This document shows, one piece after another, positions 11,746 through 22,579 of a stretch of DNA of 64,000 nt. The stretch lies in contig CM074808.1 in the NCBI GenBank assembly GCA_037447605.1, positions 992,001-1,056,000 of the forward strand, given 5' to 3'. The DNA is from Zygnema circumcarinatum SAG 698-1b (lineage: Eukaryota; Plantae; Zygnematophyceae). The translations under genes and the position numbers were made by a program. The number at the start of each line of letters is the position of its first letter. Position 1 is the stretch's first letter. The notes below the pieces were generated by a model, which made no database searches, was not told the origin of the DNA, and saw nothing but the letters and a program-made list of their open reading frames with translations.

Positions 11746-12482
11746 CCGTGACGTCACGGAGGTGGCGGAGTGGTTTGTCTGCCAGAGATTGATCCATGCT
11801 GACGTAACCACGCGACAGGACGTTTGTCATACTTATGGAAGGTTTAAAGGTAGCTTTTGAACTTTGTCGCTTTTGGAAATACTCTCCACGTGGCAGTCAA
11901 ACATTGGCTTGAAACAAACAACTTTGGACCATGACGTCAAGTTTTTCACTTTGCCACCAAAATGACAAACGAGTCACAGAACGACAATAGTCAAAATGAC
12001 AAAATGTCGTTGTTGCCAGGCAGCAACAAATGAGTAGCTGACGTCACCCTGTCGAGATCCGTCCGCTGCCAATCGCAGTTTCTCCACGTGGCAGGACCTC
12101 CTCGTCATTGGCACGTGCGAATCTCCCTCGCCACTTGCCACCCGCCCCCGCAGGACGCGGGCGGCCGCCACCTGGCCGTCCGGTCGCCACCTGGCCGTCC
12201 GGTCGCCACCGTCCGTACAGTTTCAACGGTCGTCGTTATCGTTGACTCACTGACGCGGCCCGCCGCCCGGGGCGTGTTCTGGAGCGCCCGTTGACCGCCA
12301 CGTGGTAGGACGTCCCCACGTGGTGGCCGCTTTCGTCCTCCGCCGACCCCAGCGCCAATTCGGGCAGCAACTGGGTTCCACGTGGCAGGCCGTACGGCCG
12401 ACCGAGCGCCCGGGCCGCCCAGCGGGCCGAGGACCGCCGCCGGCCGGCCAATCATTGGCCGCCCTCGCGGGCTTCGCACGTG
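11746..12482. promoter_or_regulatory. Dense cluster of ACGT-core bZIP/bHLH sites (7 G-boxes, 3 C-boxes) upstream of the pyrophosphatase-like gene
   Basis: CACGTG at 11887, 12085, 12112, 12299, 12317, 12379 and 12477 (five are CCACGTGG). TGACGTCA at ~11749 (inside the 14-bp palindrome CCGTGACGTCACGG), 11932 and 12039. Confidence 0.65.
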
Positions 12483-12776
12483 CGACGAATGCACGCGCAT
12501 CTGTTTGTCGCACGGGCCATGCGACGCCGTAACTGCGATGTCGCACACCCCCGTGCGACAAAAGGCAGGTGCGCGCGGCGGCGGCGCGCGGATCGCCGGC
12601 GGCTGAAGGCACGAGCGGGAGAGGGAGAGGGAGCGGGAGTGGGAGTGGGAGTGGGAGTGGGAGAGGGAGAGGGAGAGGGGGAAAGGGGGAGAGAGGGAGC
12701 AGGAGAGGGAGAGGGAGAGAGAGGGAGCGCGGAAGACCTTCTCCACGAAGGGATGTGTCCCTCTAAGTTTGAGGCC

Positions 12777-15755
12777 ATGGCTGCCACGAGCCTCCCTTCC
12801 ACTCTGCCTCCTGCATGCCGAGATCCCAATGCCCACATCCTCTGCCGCACGCAGCCTCCATGGAGCGTTGTCGAACACGGCACGGCCGGCCAAAAAGACC
12901 ACCGCCTGCTCCTCCTGGACGGCCAGGGCCGCCACGTGTCGCCCTGGCACGGCGTCTCCCTCTATGCCGCCTCCAACCTCGTCCACATGACCTGCAAGAC
13001 GCCACGTGGCAGCTCCGCAGCGTACGAAGTCGCCCCCGACGAGGAGCTCCAGCCCCTCCGTCCGCGCCGCTCGAACCCTAATTTCCGGCGCGCGTGTCCA
13101 TGGAACCTCGGCCTTTTGCCGCAGACGTGGGCCAGCGCCGCCGCGCAGGGCCATGGCGGCCTTCCGTACGACGGGCGGCCGCTGGAGGTGGTCGAGATCG
13201 GGCGGCGGACGGCGCAGAGAGGGCGGCCGTACGCCGTGCGCCTTCTGGGAACCTTCGCGCTCGTGGAGGAGGAGGGGCCAAGAATTTCCTGGAAGGTGCT
13301 CGCCATCGCCGTGGATGACGTCATGGCGGACAAGCTCCGCTCGGTGGAGAGTGTGAGTCGGGAGATGCCCGGAACGCTCGAACACGTGCGGGAGTGGCTT
13401 CGCACGTGCGAGTGCTTGGGACCTGGTAAGGCTTTCGAATGAATTAGAGTTGTCTTGGTTAAGAAAAAAGGAAAAGTTTCATAAGTGTTTTTTGTAAGAT
13501 TTTTGGTTTATGGGTTTTGGTGGAGTTTAAAGTGGTTAAAGTGGCTGATTTTTGTAAGTTTGGGGAGGAGGGAATGTTCAGGTGACAAGTTCCGGAAATT
13601 TGGGTTCAACGAGCGCGCAGTTGAAGGGCAAATTTTGTCCACTCTCGTTTCGCAGACGCACACGTCGTGGCACGCTCTCCCACACCACCGGAAACCTCTC
13701 TCTCCCACTTCCCTCTCTCCCACTTATCTCTCTTCCACTTCTCTCTCTCCCACTTACCTCTCGTCCACTTCTCTCTCTCCCTCGTCTCCCTCTCCCTCTC
13801 CTCTCCCTCCCTCTCCTCTTCCTCCCGCTGTGGCGTACACAGAAGCGTGGAACGCCCAAAAATTGCATCTCAAGAAGCACCCAGCTGTGCCCCTATCTCC
13901 CTCCTCGACAGAAGCTGCTCACACAAATTTTCCTAAACAGAAAAAAGAGGCAGAGTGTGGCTCTACCATAGTGAGAGAAAACAACATAATGTTGGGAGGA
14001 GCGGAGTCGGGAAACTCCACTCCAGGGCGGGAAGAGCGACTACGGTGGCCTGCATTCTTCAGAGTGCATGTGAACTCTGTTACTGAGTTAAAACTGAACA
14101 CGGAGATTGGAGCAGACGCAGCTGGGAGGCAGAGAAACCACGAGAAGAATGGCGAGAGTTTCTCCTTTATGAGGAAGGTGTTCAAGTTGCCCTTCAGATT
14201 GGGCCGATCAGCGGGAGATAGAGGAGGTAGGACGAGTGGTCCTGTAGGAGGGCGCATATTGAGAGCATCTTCTGTGCCAGAGAAGGTGCTCCAAGGGATC
14301 AGCCATGGCTTCCAGGAGGCGGATTTGGGGGCATTTCGGCGATGGAATTCAGATGATGACAACTTGAGAAGTTCGATGTCGAAGGGGAGGAGGCGATCCT
14401 TGAGTGCACTGTCGCCTCCGAGTAGCTTAGAGGGGGATAGTTTGGAGGAGAGCAAGGGAGAAAGTCTGAAGGAAAGCAGAGAGGACGAGGTTGGGGGGGG
14501 TGCTGAAGTGAGGGAGGAGGAGAGGGATGGAGATGGGGGGCTCATGGAGAAGGAAAAGTCACTGAAAGTGACGGAGGACATGGCTATGGCTATGGATTCT
14601 TTTTCAACTTTGGGCGTTGAAGAAACTAGCGGAAACCACGTACCTTCTCTCAGTGGCTCTGATCAGTTCGTGAGAGTGAAAGAATCTCCTTCTATTGCGA
14701 GTTCGGAGGAAAGAAACTCGTCCTCTGAGAGCCTGGAAGGTTCATCCATGGCGGCAGATAGAAGCAGCAAAGAATCGGAGAAGGAGAAGGAAGAGAGCCA
14801 TGTGGAGGCTGAACTCCCTACGGAGGTAGAGGAGGATCTGGTCTTAGACGACGAGATTCCGATAGCGAGAGTGGTAGAGGGTGACTTTCCCCCTCCGCCT
14901 CCCCCTCCCTTTGACTCAAAGGGCCCAAAGGGCGGCCGCCAGGTCTCCTTCAACAACATCGTCCAAGTGTTGACCTTCAATCCTTCTCACGAGGAAATTC
15001 CCTTAGCGGCTCCGGTCACCTCGACGGCACCTCCATCCATTATTCCCTTTCCAAGGGCCGGCGGAGAGAGCAAAGAGAACAATATGAGGAAGCCGAAGGT
15101 GAACGAGAAAAGCTTCGGAGGAGGTCCCACTCATTTCCCTTCCTCGTGGCCTCCTGCTGCTGCTTCGGCGGCGAAGGGGCACCCTCACAAAGGCCATATC
15201 GTGCTGATGAGCCGCAACGGAGCTCCGCAGAGAGTGGGGGGGGGAGGGAAGACATGGACCCAAGAAGGGTTTTTGCCGCCGAAGCCACCGATACCTCCAA
15301 AGGCTCAGGAGTTTCCACGAGCGAGTTCGCCTCGGTCGAGTCTAAGTCCCACAAACGTGCCCTCGGGGGAGAGTCTGCTATGGAAGCAGATGCAAGGGCA
15401 GGGGCAGTTTTCAGGGCAGGCGAAGCCCAGGCTCTCTCCAAGAGGGATTGACAGCGGCAGCCGCAAGCTCGTGATAAAGACAGCCTTGAAGAGGGCGGAA
15501 GGGGGGTTGGGTTTTCAGGGGGCGAGCGATATTGGGTGGGTGGAGGAGAGGCCCTCCCTAGGCTTGCTGCCGTTTGTGGAGGATTCGGACCTGTACTCGT
15601 GCTCCGCCAGCGAGGAGAGCTCGCCGAGGTCGCCGGAATCCCCCAGTCCCTTGACCCTTTCACCGAGAAATTCCTCACACGGAATGGCGGCCGTGCATCC
15701 CATCGCTTTTGCCGCTGTTTCGGGCTTTGCCCTGCCTGGAATGGCTGGCTTGTAG
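12777..15755 (+). CDS. Family I soluble inorganic pyrophosphatase-like (PPa6-type fold, catalytic residues degenerate) fused to a ~690-aa Ser/Glu/Pro-rich disordered tail; ~940 aa
   Basis: Exon 1 at 12777-13425 (alternative ATG 12753) encodes DGQGRHVSPWH...WNLGLLPQTW...VVEIG...WKVLAIAVDD...PGTLEHVREWLR. The GT-AG intron 13426-13581 joins G+GT in frame to exon 2 (13582-15755). Exon 2 begins with the PPase C-terminal part (GDKFRKFGFNERA...QTHTSWHAL) and stays open to TAG. Confidence 0.85.
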
Positions 15756-16407
15756 ACTGCAGTTAACAAGGAGAGGGTTTATGCGTTTATTTATTCGATT
15801 TATTCTATCCTTTTTAAAGTAAGAGAGATTACTATCTCTTCTTACCGTCAAACTCCGATGTATTTGTTCACTAATACCGATCCTTAACTCGCAAACGGAG
15901 CTAGAAACTCTTTCGTAGGATAATACCTTTTTTGTACAGGAATGTATGGTAGGTGTGAGGTAGTAACTGAGAGGACATAGAGCGAAGCTTGACTCCTGTA
16001 AAATCAAGGGATAACACGAACATGTGCACGACAATCGTTTTTCTTCTCGTTCGGGTGTCGTGTGTGACCGCATTAGCGTGCCTTGGACAGGGGGGTAATC
16101 CGGGCACGGATTGCTTGTGGTTCGTTTCCAACCAATGCAAATGCTTAGCTCGTTGCAAACCGTTAAAAGAATGAAACTCAGACGACGTGTATATAAAATT
16201 GAATTAAGTTTGAAACCACACTCCTTTGTAAGGATACCTCCACCGTCTATCCTATATGTAAGGTTGAAACCACTCACAAAGCAGATAAAGCTCACACATG
16301 TTGGAAATTACGTGTAGTAACTGTACAGTTCTCAGTGCCCTTGTTCCTCCTATACAAAGCGCCCTGACGAGGATCGTCTCGTCCTATAGAAAGCAGGGCG
16401 CCTGCAG

Positions 16408-19400
16408 TCACGCAAAGATGCGGCCTAGTCGCACATCGATGACGCTGTACCTGTGCACGGAGGCACATTCGTTTCCCTGAAAGAGGTCGAGGGGGCCATG
16501 CTTCCCCTCCGCAGCATTTCCATGTGCGAGGACCTCTTCCAGGGGCCTAAGTCCCCTCCACTGCCGCTTCGCAGATTCCATAAGGCGCTCAGCTTCAGAG
16601 CTTCGGTTGGAGGCCAAGCCAACCACCTCCGCAAGGCGGGCTGCAGGGTGGCACGCATGGATGGGGAATGATGGTAAAGAGGGGGGGCGATCTCTTTTTT
16701 TAAGGGATTAGGCCAAGCAAACTCAAACCAGCTCAATGCTGAGAATAACGGTGGGACAGGACAGGGAGGAAATAGACTTCACCTTGTGTTAGCGACTTCA
16801 AGTGTGCCATGTCCAGGGGATCGCTTGCTTCTGCAAGGCGCAACAATGGAGGGTGTAAGGTGATCGGCTAAAACAGTACAACATTTAACTTGTCTGCGTG
16901 ATAGTTTTGTTGTGCAGGACTGATTACACAGCCGTGCTAGCAGGGCTGTGATGACAAAGGAACCACTTCCCGACACCTTCCTTCATTGCGAATCAGCGGT
17001 TCCAATCAAAGCATGAACTAGGAAGGCAGGCGGCAGCAACGGAGTGGGAATAAATCTTGTAGTAGGATTTTAGCATACACACCTTCAGGTTCAGCCTGTA
17101 ACCTAACTCCCAGCAATTCCAAGGATCGTCGATACAGTCCCTGTTGCAAGGATGGCAGCCAATCCAACATAATCAGCTGACGGAAAAAGATTACTATGTG
17201 GCATCTAAACAAGTAAAAACTCTCTTGTCATAGGGATGCCATCATACCTCGGCTACAATGCGATCACCCGAGCTCCTAGCCTTTGCCCTGCAGTTGTATA
17301 CATGCGCAATGGTAGAAAGAACAGCCCCAACACGAATATGCTTGTCACCTGCATCTCAAGACATGGGTTGTTTTTACTGGCGGGAGAAAAAGCAGTTTCG
17401 AATTTCAAAATGCAACCGTAACTTCAAATTTCACCGCTTGACTTCGGCAAGATCCCGTAAACCTCAGAAATGCAATCAGGAAGGCCCGCCATTCTTTACC
17501 CCAAGGACGACAATGTACAGCCACTCTCATGGCCCAAACCACAACCTTGGCACAAAAGAGCAAACTTACAATAAAGCAGGCCTAATTGCTGTACATCAAC
17601 TAACTGCAACAAACTAGCTGATAGCTCATCATTCAACACTCAGAAAAAGATTGGGAACGTAAACCTTACCACTGATTTGCTCAGCGTGGTTTAGGGACTC
17701 TGTCAGCCGTTTCTCTGCTCCTTCAAAGTCTCTGCAGGAAAAAGTAACCCCTCGACACTACAGCATTCATTCTTTTCCCAAAAACAGCGTCTAATGGATT
17801 TCCTCGTCTGAGGATCAGTTGAACCCTCTCTCATGTGGAACATGCATGTATCCCAAACACAGGGTCTATTCCCAACGGCAATAGTCTCCAAAACCTTGTG
17901 AAGATAACACCAATGTGAATCGCTCCTATTGACGAAGCAAAGTGCTGTGGAGAACTTACCCTGAATGTGCTTCTAACTGGCCCAAGCCCGCCAAAGAGCC
18001 CATAATCACTTCCTTTGGAGCCATGGCTGCTGCTGCAACAGCTAAATAGGGTGGTCCGGTCTCCGCTTGTCTGGCAAGATGCAGAGCTCTTTCATAGAGT
18101 ACTGAGGCATGTGACAAGCGACCATAGGAATGGCAGTGTTCGGCATCGGCGAGGACTGCAGCAGCTGCAATCAAGATGACAAAGGCATGGATTGAATCAT
18201 GACTGGACAAGCTACAACAAGGGTAAACACGAAGTGACAATGTGACAAAACACCATCAATGAGCAATATGACTTACCTGATCCGTAGACAAAGTCTTCAT
18301 TGAAGTTCTCTTGAAACGAATTAGCCTCGACAAAGATTCTTTCAGCTGCACACCAGCAAACAGGTTGTTCGTACCTTTCATAAATCCAAGTTAACAATGA
18401 ATGATCAGTGGGTTCCTAACGAAAGCCTTGCTCTTATTTTCAGCATCAATAATAATCCATACAGGCCATCCTTAACCTCATAGCCATCCTTTGGTTTGCT
18501 GACCTTACCAGTCTCCACATTTCCCCTCAGGTGCTCCGCAAACGCTAGTGCAGAGAAGGCACGGGATCTTAAAGCATGTGCTACTCCATCATCCCAGCCT
18601 TTTTCGCCTGCCGCAGTAGCAACTTGAACAGCATTGGTTGCATATCTGATCGCTGCTGCATCCTGCAGGCAGAAAATGCAAGCTTTTCTTTACTCCCGGT
18701 GCCCCAAAGATGAGCTGGCTTGGCATTAAGCTGGTCTATTCTGAAGAGTCGATGACCAACTTTGCACCAGAAGGCATGGGACCACATTGATAGAGTTGAC
18801 TGATCGAAATCCTTAAACTACTAGAGGCCTAAAACGAGATCAGCGCGCAATGCAGAACTATCGATGCCACCGACGACTGGATATTGAGTTTGATGAAGTA
18901 CAACGCACAAAACTAGCAGCTAAGACGTCCTTCACAAAGTCCCACACTCTGAATTGTGTAAAAAATTGGAATAATACGCATGAGCCAAGAGTGGGCCAGA
19001 TTGTGGGACGGGATAACCTACATTGTTTCTACGAAGCGAGAGGCCCGAATGTGCCTCTCCAGCAGCAACTGTAAAGAAAGGACAGCTCAGGACAAAGGCC
19101 TGTTAGGATATTCCCAGTCACTAGGCCACTCACTTAAAACAAGCGATGGGAACTAGGGCGGAAAATACTTAATTAGCATGGACATGCTCCGTAAAGCACA
19201 ATGCACCGATCGTCTCCAAACAATCGGGGCCATGCTTTTCTTGAACGTATGCTATGACAATTGTTGTCTGCCTGACCTTGAACTTCCGGCGAAGCACCTT
19301 CCAAGGTACTTGCTTGCTCCAAAACGCGGAAAGCATCATCAAAATTAGCCCTGCCAATAGCAAGTGAACCACAAGCATAAAGCATGCGACTAGCCAGGCG

Positions 19401-20256
19401 AGGAGCTAAAGCATAAACAGCAGTAGAATTTTCTGACAGAACTATGTCGGTTTGAAAAGATTCCTGATACTTCTCAAATCCCAACAGAATAAAACAAAAA
19501 CTCTCAAGAAATAACAGTCACCTGTCTGTATGGAGACTTGATAAAGCAAGCAACACCCTTCCAGCTGACGTTGCGCAGGTCTTTCCATCATTAACAAGGA
19601 AGGATAAACCATGTTCAAGTACACGAATTGCCTCAGCGCATCCTGCAACACGAGAAATGAGAAATGCTTAAATGACTGCTGTTGCTGCGTTCAAGTAGCA
19701 CACGTTTCCAGCAAGCAGCGCCGGTCCAACAGCCTCCTTTACTAAAGCATTAATTACTTCATTCATATTCTACTCAGGATTAAACGAGGTGTTACTTGGA
19801 CAGTAGATTGAATGATCGTCCGAGGTGTAGTGCTTTGCGAGACAAAACACCTTCAACTACGCCCATACCTTTCAGTCTATTCATCTCACTGTAGCGAATC
19901 ATCTCGTCAGCCATCTGCTCTCCACCGTCCCAGCTGCCGTTGTTCGTCAGAACTGCTCGCGTGCCAAATTCCCTTGCACGACTGGCAAAGGGCATGTCCA
20001 TAGCGTTCATCCCCGCCATATTTCCAGCTGATATCTTCTTTCCCGGGGAAAATAAGGTTCTCAAAGTAAAGGACATCGACAATCCTTCACTTTCGTTTGT
20101 CTTCGAATTTAACGAGCTTGCCAACCTACTGTCTTCTCGCACGCGGGAAGCTCCCGCCTGGTGTCTGGGGCTTGACGCTGCCGGGTACCGGCTCAAATCT
20201 CCAGCCATGGCTGTAATATTGGCAGCAACCTTTCTCGCCTGCTTCATAGGGGCCAT
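16408..20256 (-). CDS. TPR-like protein, NDP1/At5g02130-like (organelle-targeting N-terminus)
   Basis: Exon peptides ...HASVLYERAL...GLGQLEAHSG|DFEGAEKRLTESLNHAEQISG|DKHIRVGAVLSTIAHVY...AE|GLYRRSLELL and terminal SEAERLMESAKRQWRGLRPLEEVL...SVIDVRLGRIFA* follow the order of motifs I recall for the Arabidopsis At5g02130 family. ATG at 20256. Some middle exons are unresolved. Confidence 0.75.
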
Positions 20257-20589
20257 GGCTCCAAGCCGCCTGCAAAGCTGGTTAAGCCGCACTCTCCCTG
20301 CCAACCGCAGTGCCCCAGCCTTTCAATGTTTCCCGTTGGCCGGCAGAAACCAAAGCGCAATTTCCTCTTCTCTCCTCTCCTCTCCCTCTCCCTCTCCCTC
20401 TCCCTCTCCCTCTCCCTCTCCCGCTTTCGCCGGCGAGCAGCCTCCAGCGCGTCAGAAAGATGAGGGCGCGGCCGAGAAGGTCTTGGCTGCAACTTGCAAG
20501 AGGTCTCCTTGTCCACGGTGGAGCCACGTGGCAGGTAGCTTTCTTCCGTGTGAACGTATCCAGTATCGCGATCGGGACATTATCAGACC

Positions 20590-21698
20590 TGTTGAGGGTG
20601 GTGGCGTCGCATCTCGTGTTGATCGATTTGTTGATGATGCATTGGTTGAGGATTAGTCTCAAGTTGATGAGCTTCCTCACCTTTCAGATCCTCAGGTGTC
20701 TTTTTCTTTGCTTACTCGTGGTTTTGCTTTGCGTCCTTCTTACCTTTCGCGGACACTCCCTCCCACACTTACTTTCCTTGAGTCATTGCGACCTACTGAC
20801 GAGCGCTTGTTTTTTGTATGTCATCGCCTTTTTGGGTCCTGGTATGTTCTATCGGCCGAGGGCCCGCTTGCACATACGTGCGCTTCGCTCCCTATTTCGG
20901 CGGGCGGTTTGGGACTCAGCCCGACTGTTCGTGTGGCGCCTACTGCGTTTTGGGGTAGTTGGGCTCTTGTTGCTCCTATTCTGGCTTCGCGTTTTCTTGT
21001 GGCTGATCGTCCGTTGCTTCAGTCTGCTGTTGCTCGTGTTGATGATGGTACTATTCCGTTCCATGCTGCATCGCCTGATGCCCATGGTGTGCTTCCTACT
21101 ACTGCTCAGGCTCGTGCTCCCCCATTTGCGTCCACATTCGATCCGACACGTCGCGAGTTTTTGTCGCGTAGCACAGCATGAAGGCGATGCGGCCCTTCGC
21201 AACGAGCGCGCACATGCCCACCGTGATGTGACGTGGCTAACGAGTTTGGTCCTATGCCTGTCGCGAGTTGTGGGTGCCTCGACGCCCGTTTGGATGCCGT
21301 CCGTCCGTCCTCGGCCAGTGCGTGCGTCCATCCCTCGCTCCTTGGAGATGCGCGCACAGCCCTGGAAGGATGCTTGCCACTTTTTATCGACAGCGCATGT
21401 CCGTCGCCCTTCAGCGTGGCCCCCCTCCTCGCTTTTCCGCTCCTTTCGGTTGTTGGTGGCTGTTCGTGTCGGTGGCCTTCCGCCGCTCCCTCCCTCCCTC
21501 CCTCCGCGCAATGTGCCCCACATCGGCGACCTTAGCGGCGGCTTTTAGGGCTGCGTTGTTGAGCTTAGGCGTAGCTTTCTGCTCCTAGATTTTTTCCTTT
21601 TTGCCCTTAGTTCCTTTGTGACCAGTTCCTCGTGGTTCCCTATGATGATGTTGTCCATGCACATTTGATGGCATCATCGCCATCGTGAGATCAATGCC
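20590..21698 (+). mobile_element. 5'-truncated, decayed CRE-like (RLE-type) non-LTR retrotransposon
   Basis: The post-RT region reads FVDDALVED*SQVDELPHLSDPQVSFSLLTRGFALRPSYLSRTLPP...ASLPISAGGLGLSPTVRVAPTAFWGSWA. After frameshifts it ends with PSLAPW...LATFYRQRMSVALQRG, typical of RLE-bearing non-LTR elements. It carries an in-frame stop and frameshifts. A T-rich 3' region ends ...GAGATCAATGCC. Confidence 0.7.
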
Positions 21699-22310
21699 AC
21701 ATCCTTTTGCGTTCGCATACTATACTTGAGTCATGAGTCCGGCCTCCAACATAGCATAAAAGCCCGCGGCCGCCCCCCCGCCGCCCGGCGGCAGCCGCTC
21801 CGGCTCGGCCCGCGCCGCGACCCCGCGCGAGCCTCCCTCCCTTCCGCGTGGCGCGCCCGTACGGCCTGTAGCCGTCGTATGCTCTGCCGTACAAGTAGCT
21901 CCGTACGCGTCGTGGTACGCAGCGCCGCCGCGAGCATTCCAGTTCAGTCCAGTTGAGTCCAGTTCGCCGTAGCCGCCGTAGCGTAGCCCCCCGCCTCGCC
22001 TGCCAATCTCCGCGCTAGCTCTCAGTGCGACGGCGCTCGTGATGCGCTCCGCTCCGCTCCGCTGCTGCTGCTGGTGGTGGTGGTGCTTAAGCGTCAGTCA
22101 GTGCGGCGAGATCGACTTCATGGGGCTGCATTTTTCGCTGCCCCTCCTCGGAAGAGCTTACGTCAGCGATCCTGCTGCGAATCCAGTTCCGTCGCCAGTT
22201 TCAATTTAGCGAGATTCCATGCCGCGCGTCAGCACACAGTCACAGTCGTACATATCCGTACCGTCCGTATAGCGCAAGGTGGTGCGCCTGTGGCGCGGCT
22301 GCGGACCTCA

Positions 22311-22385
22311 TGCATGGACAAAATCAGCATGGGAAACCACGAGGAACTGGTCGCAAAGGACCTAAGCGCAAACGGAAAAAGCTAG
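22311..22385 (-). repeat. Partial copy of the retroelement 3' end (inverted relative to 21590-21662)
   Basis: TGCATGGACAAAATCAGCATGGGAAACCACGAGGAACTGGTCGCAAAGGACCTAAG aligns by eye (roughly 80%) to the reverse complement of 21600-21661. Confidence 0.85.
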
Positions 22386-22579
22386 CTAGCTTGACTTCGA
22401 GTCTAGTCCAGGCCATATCACATAAAAAAAGTTAACAATCAATCAGTCTGGTGAGACCATCTCTTAAATAAGAACTTTTTACTATTTTTGTCACAGTGCG
22501 CTCGCAAGTTTCCTTCCACCCGCACGGCACGGGCGACGCGACGGCAGTAGTACGGTACCGTATTGTTTCTGACGCGTCT

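Noticed and set aside
11900-13450. Many overlapping antisense ORFs in GC-rich islands (also 4400-5080 and 33000-33850)
   Set aside because: These are expected from stop-codon scarcity at ~70% GC. Only frames with recognisable homology were kept.
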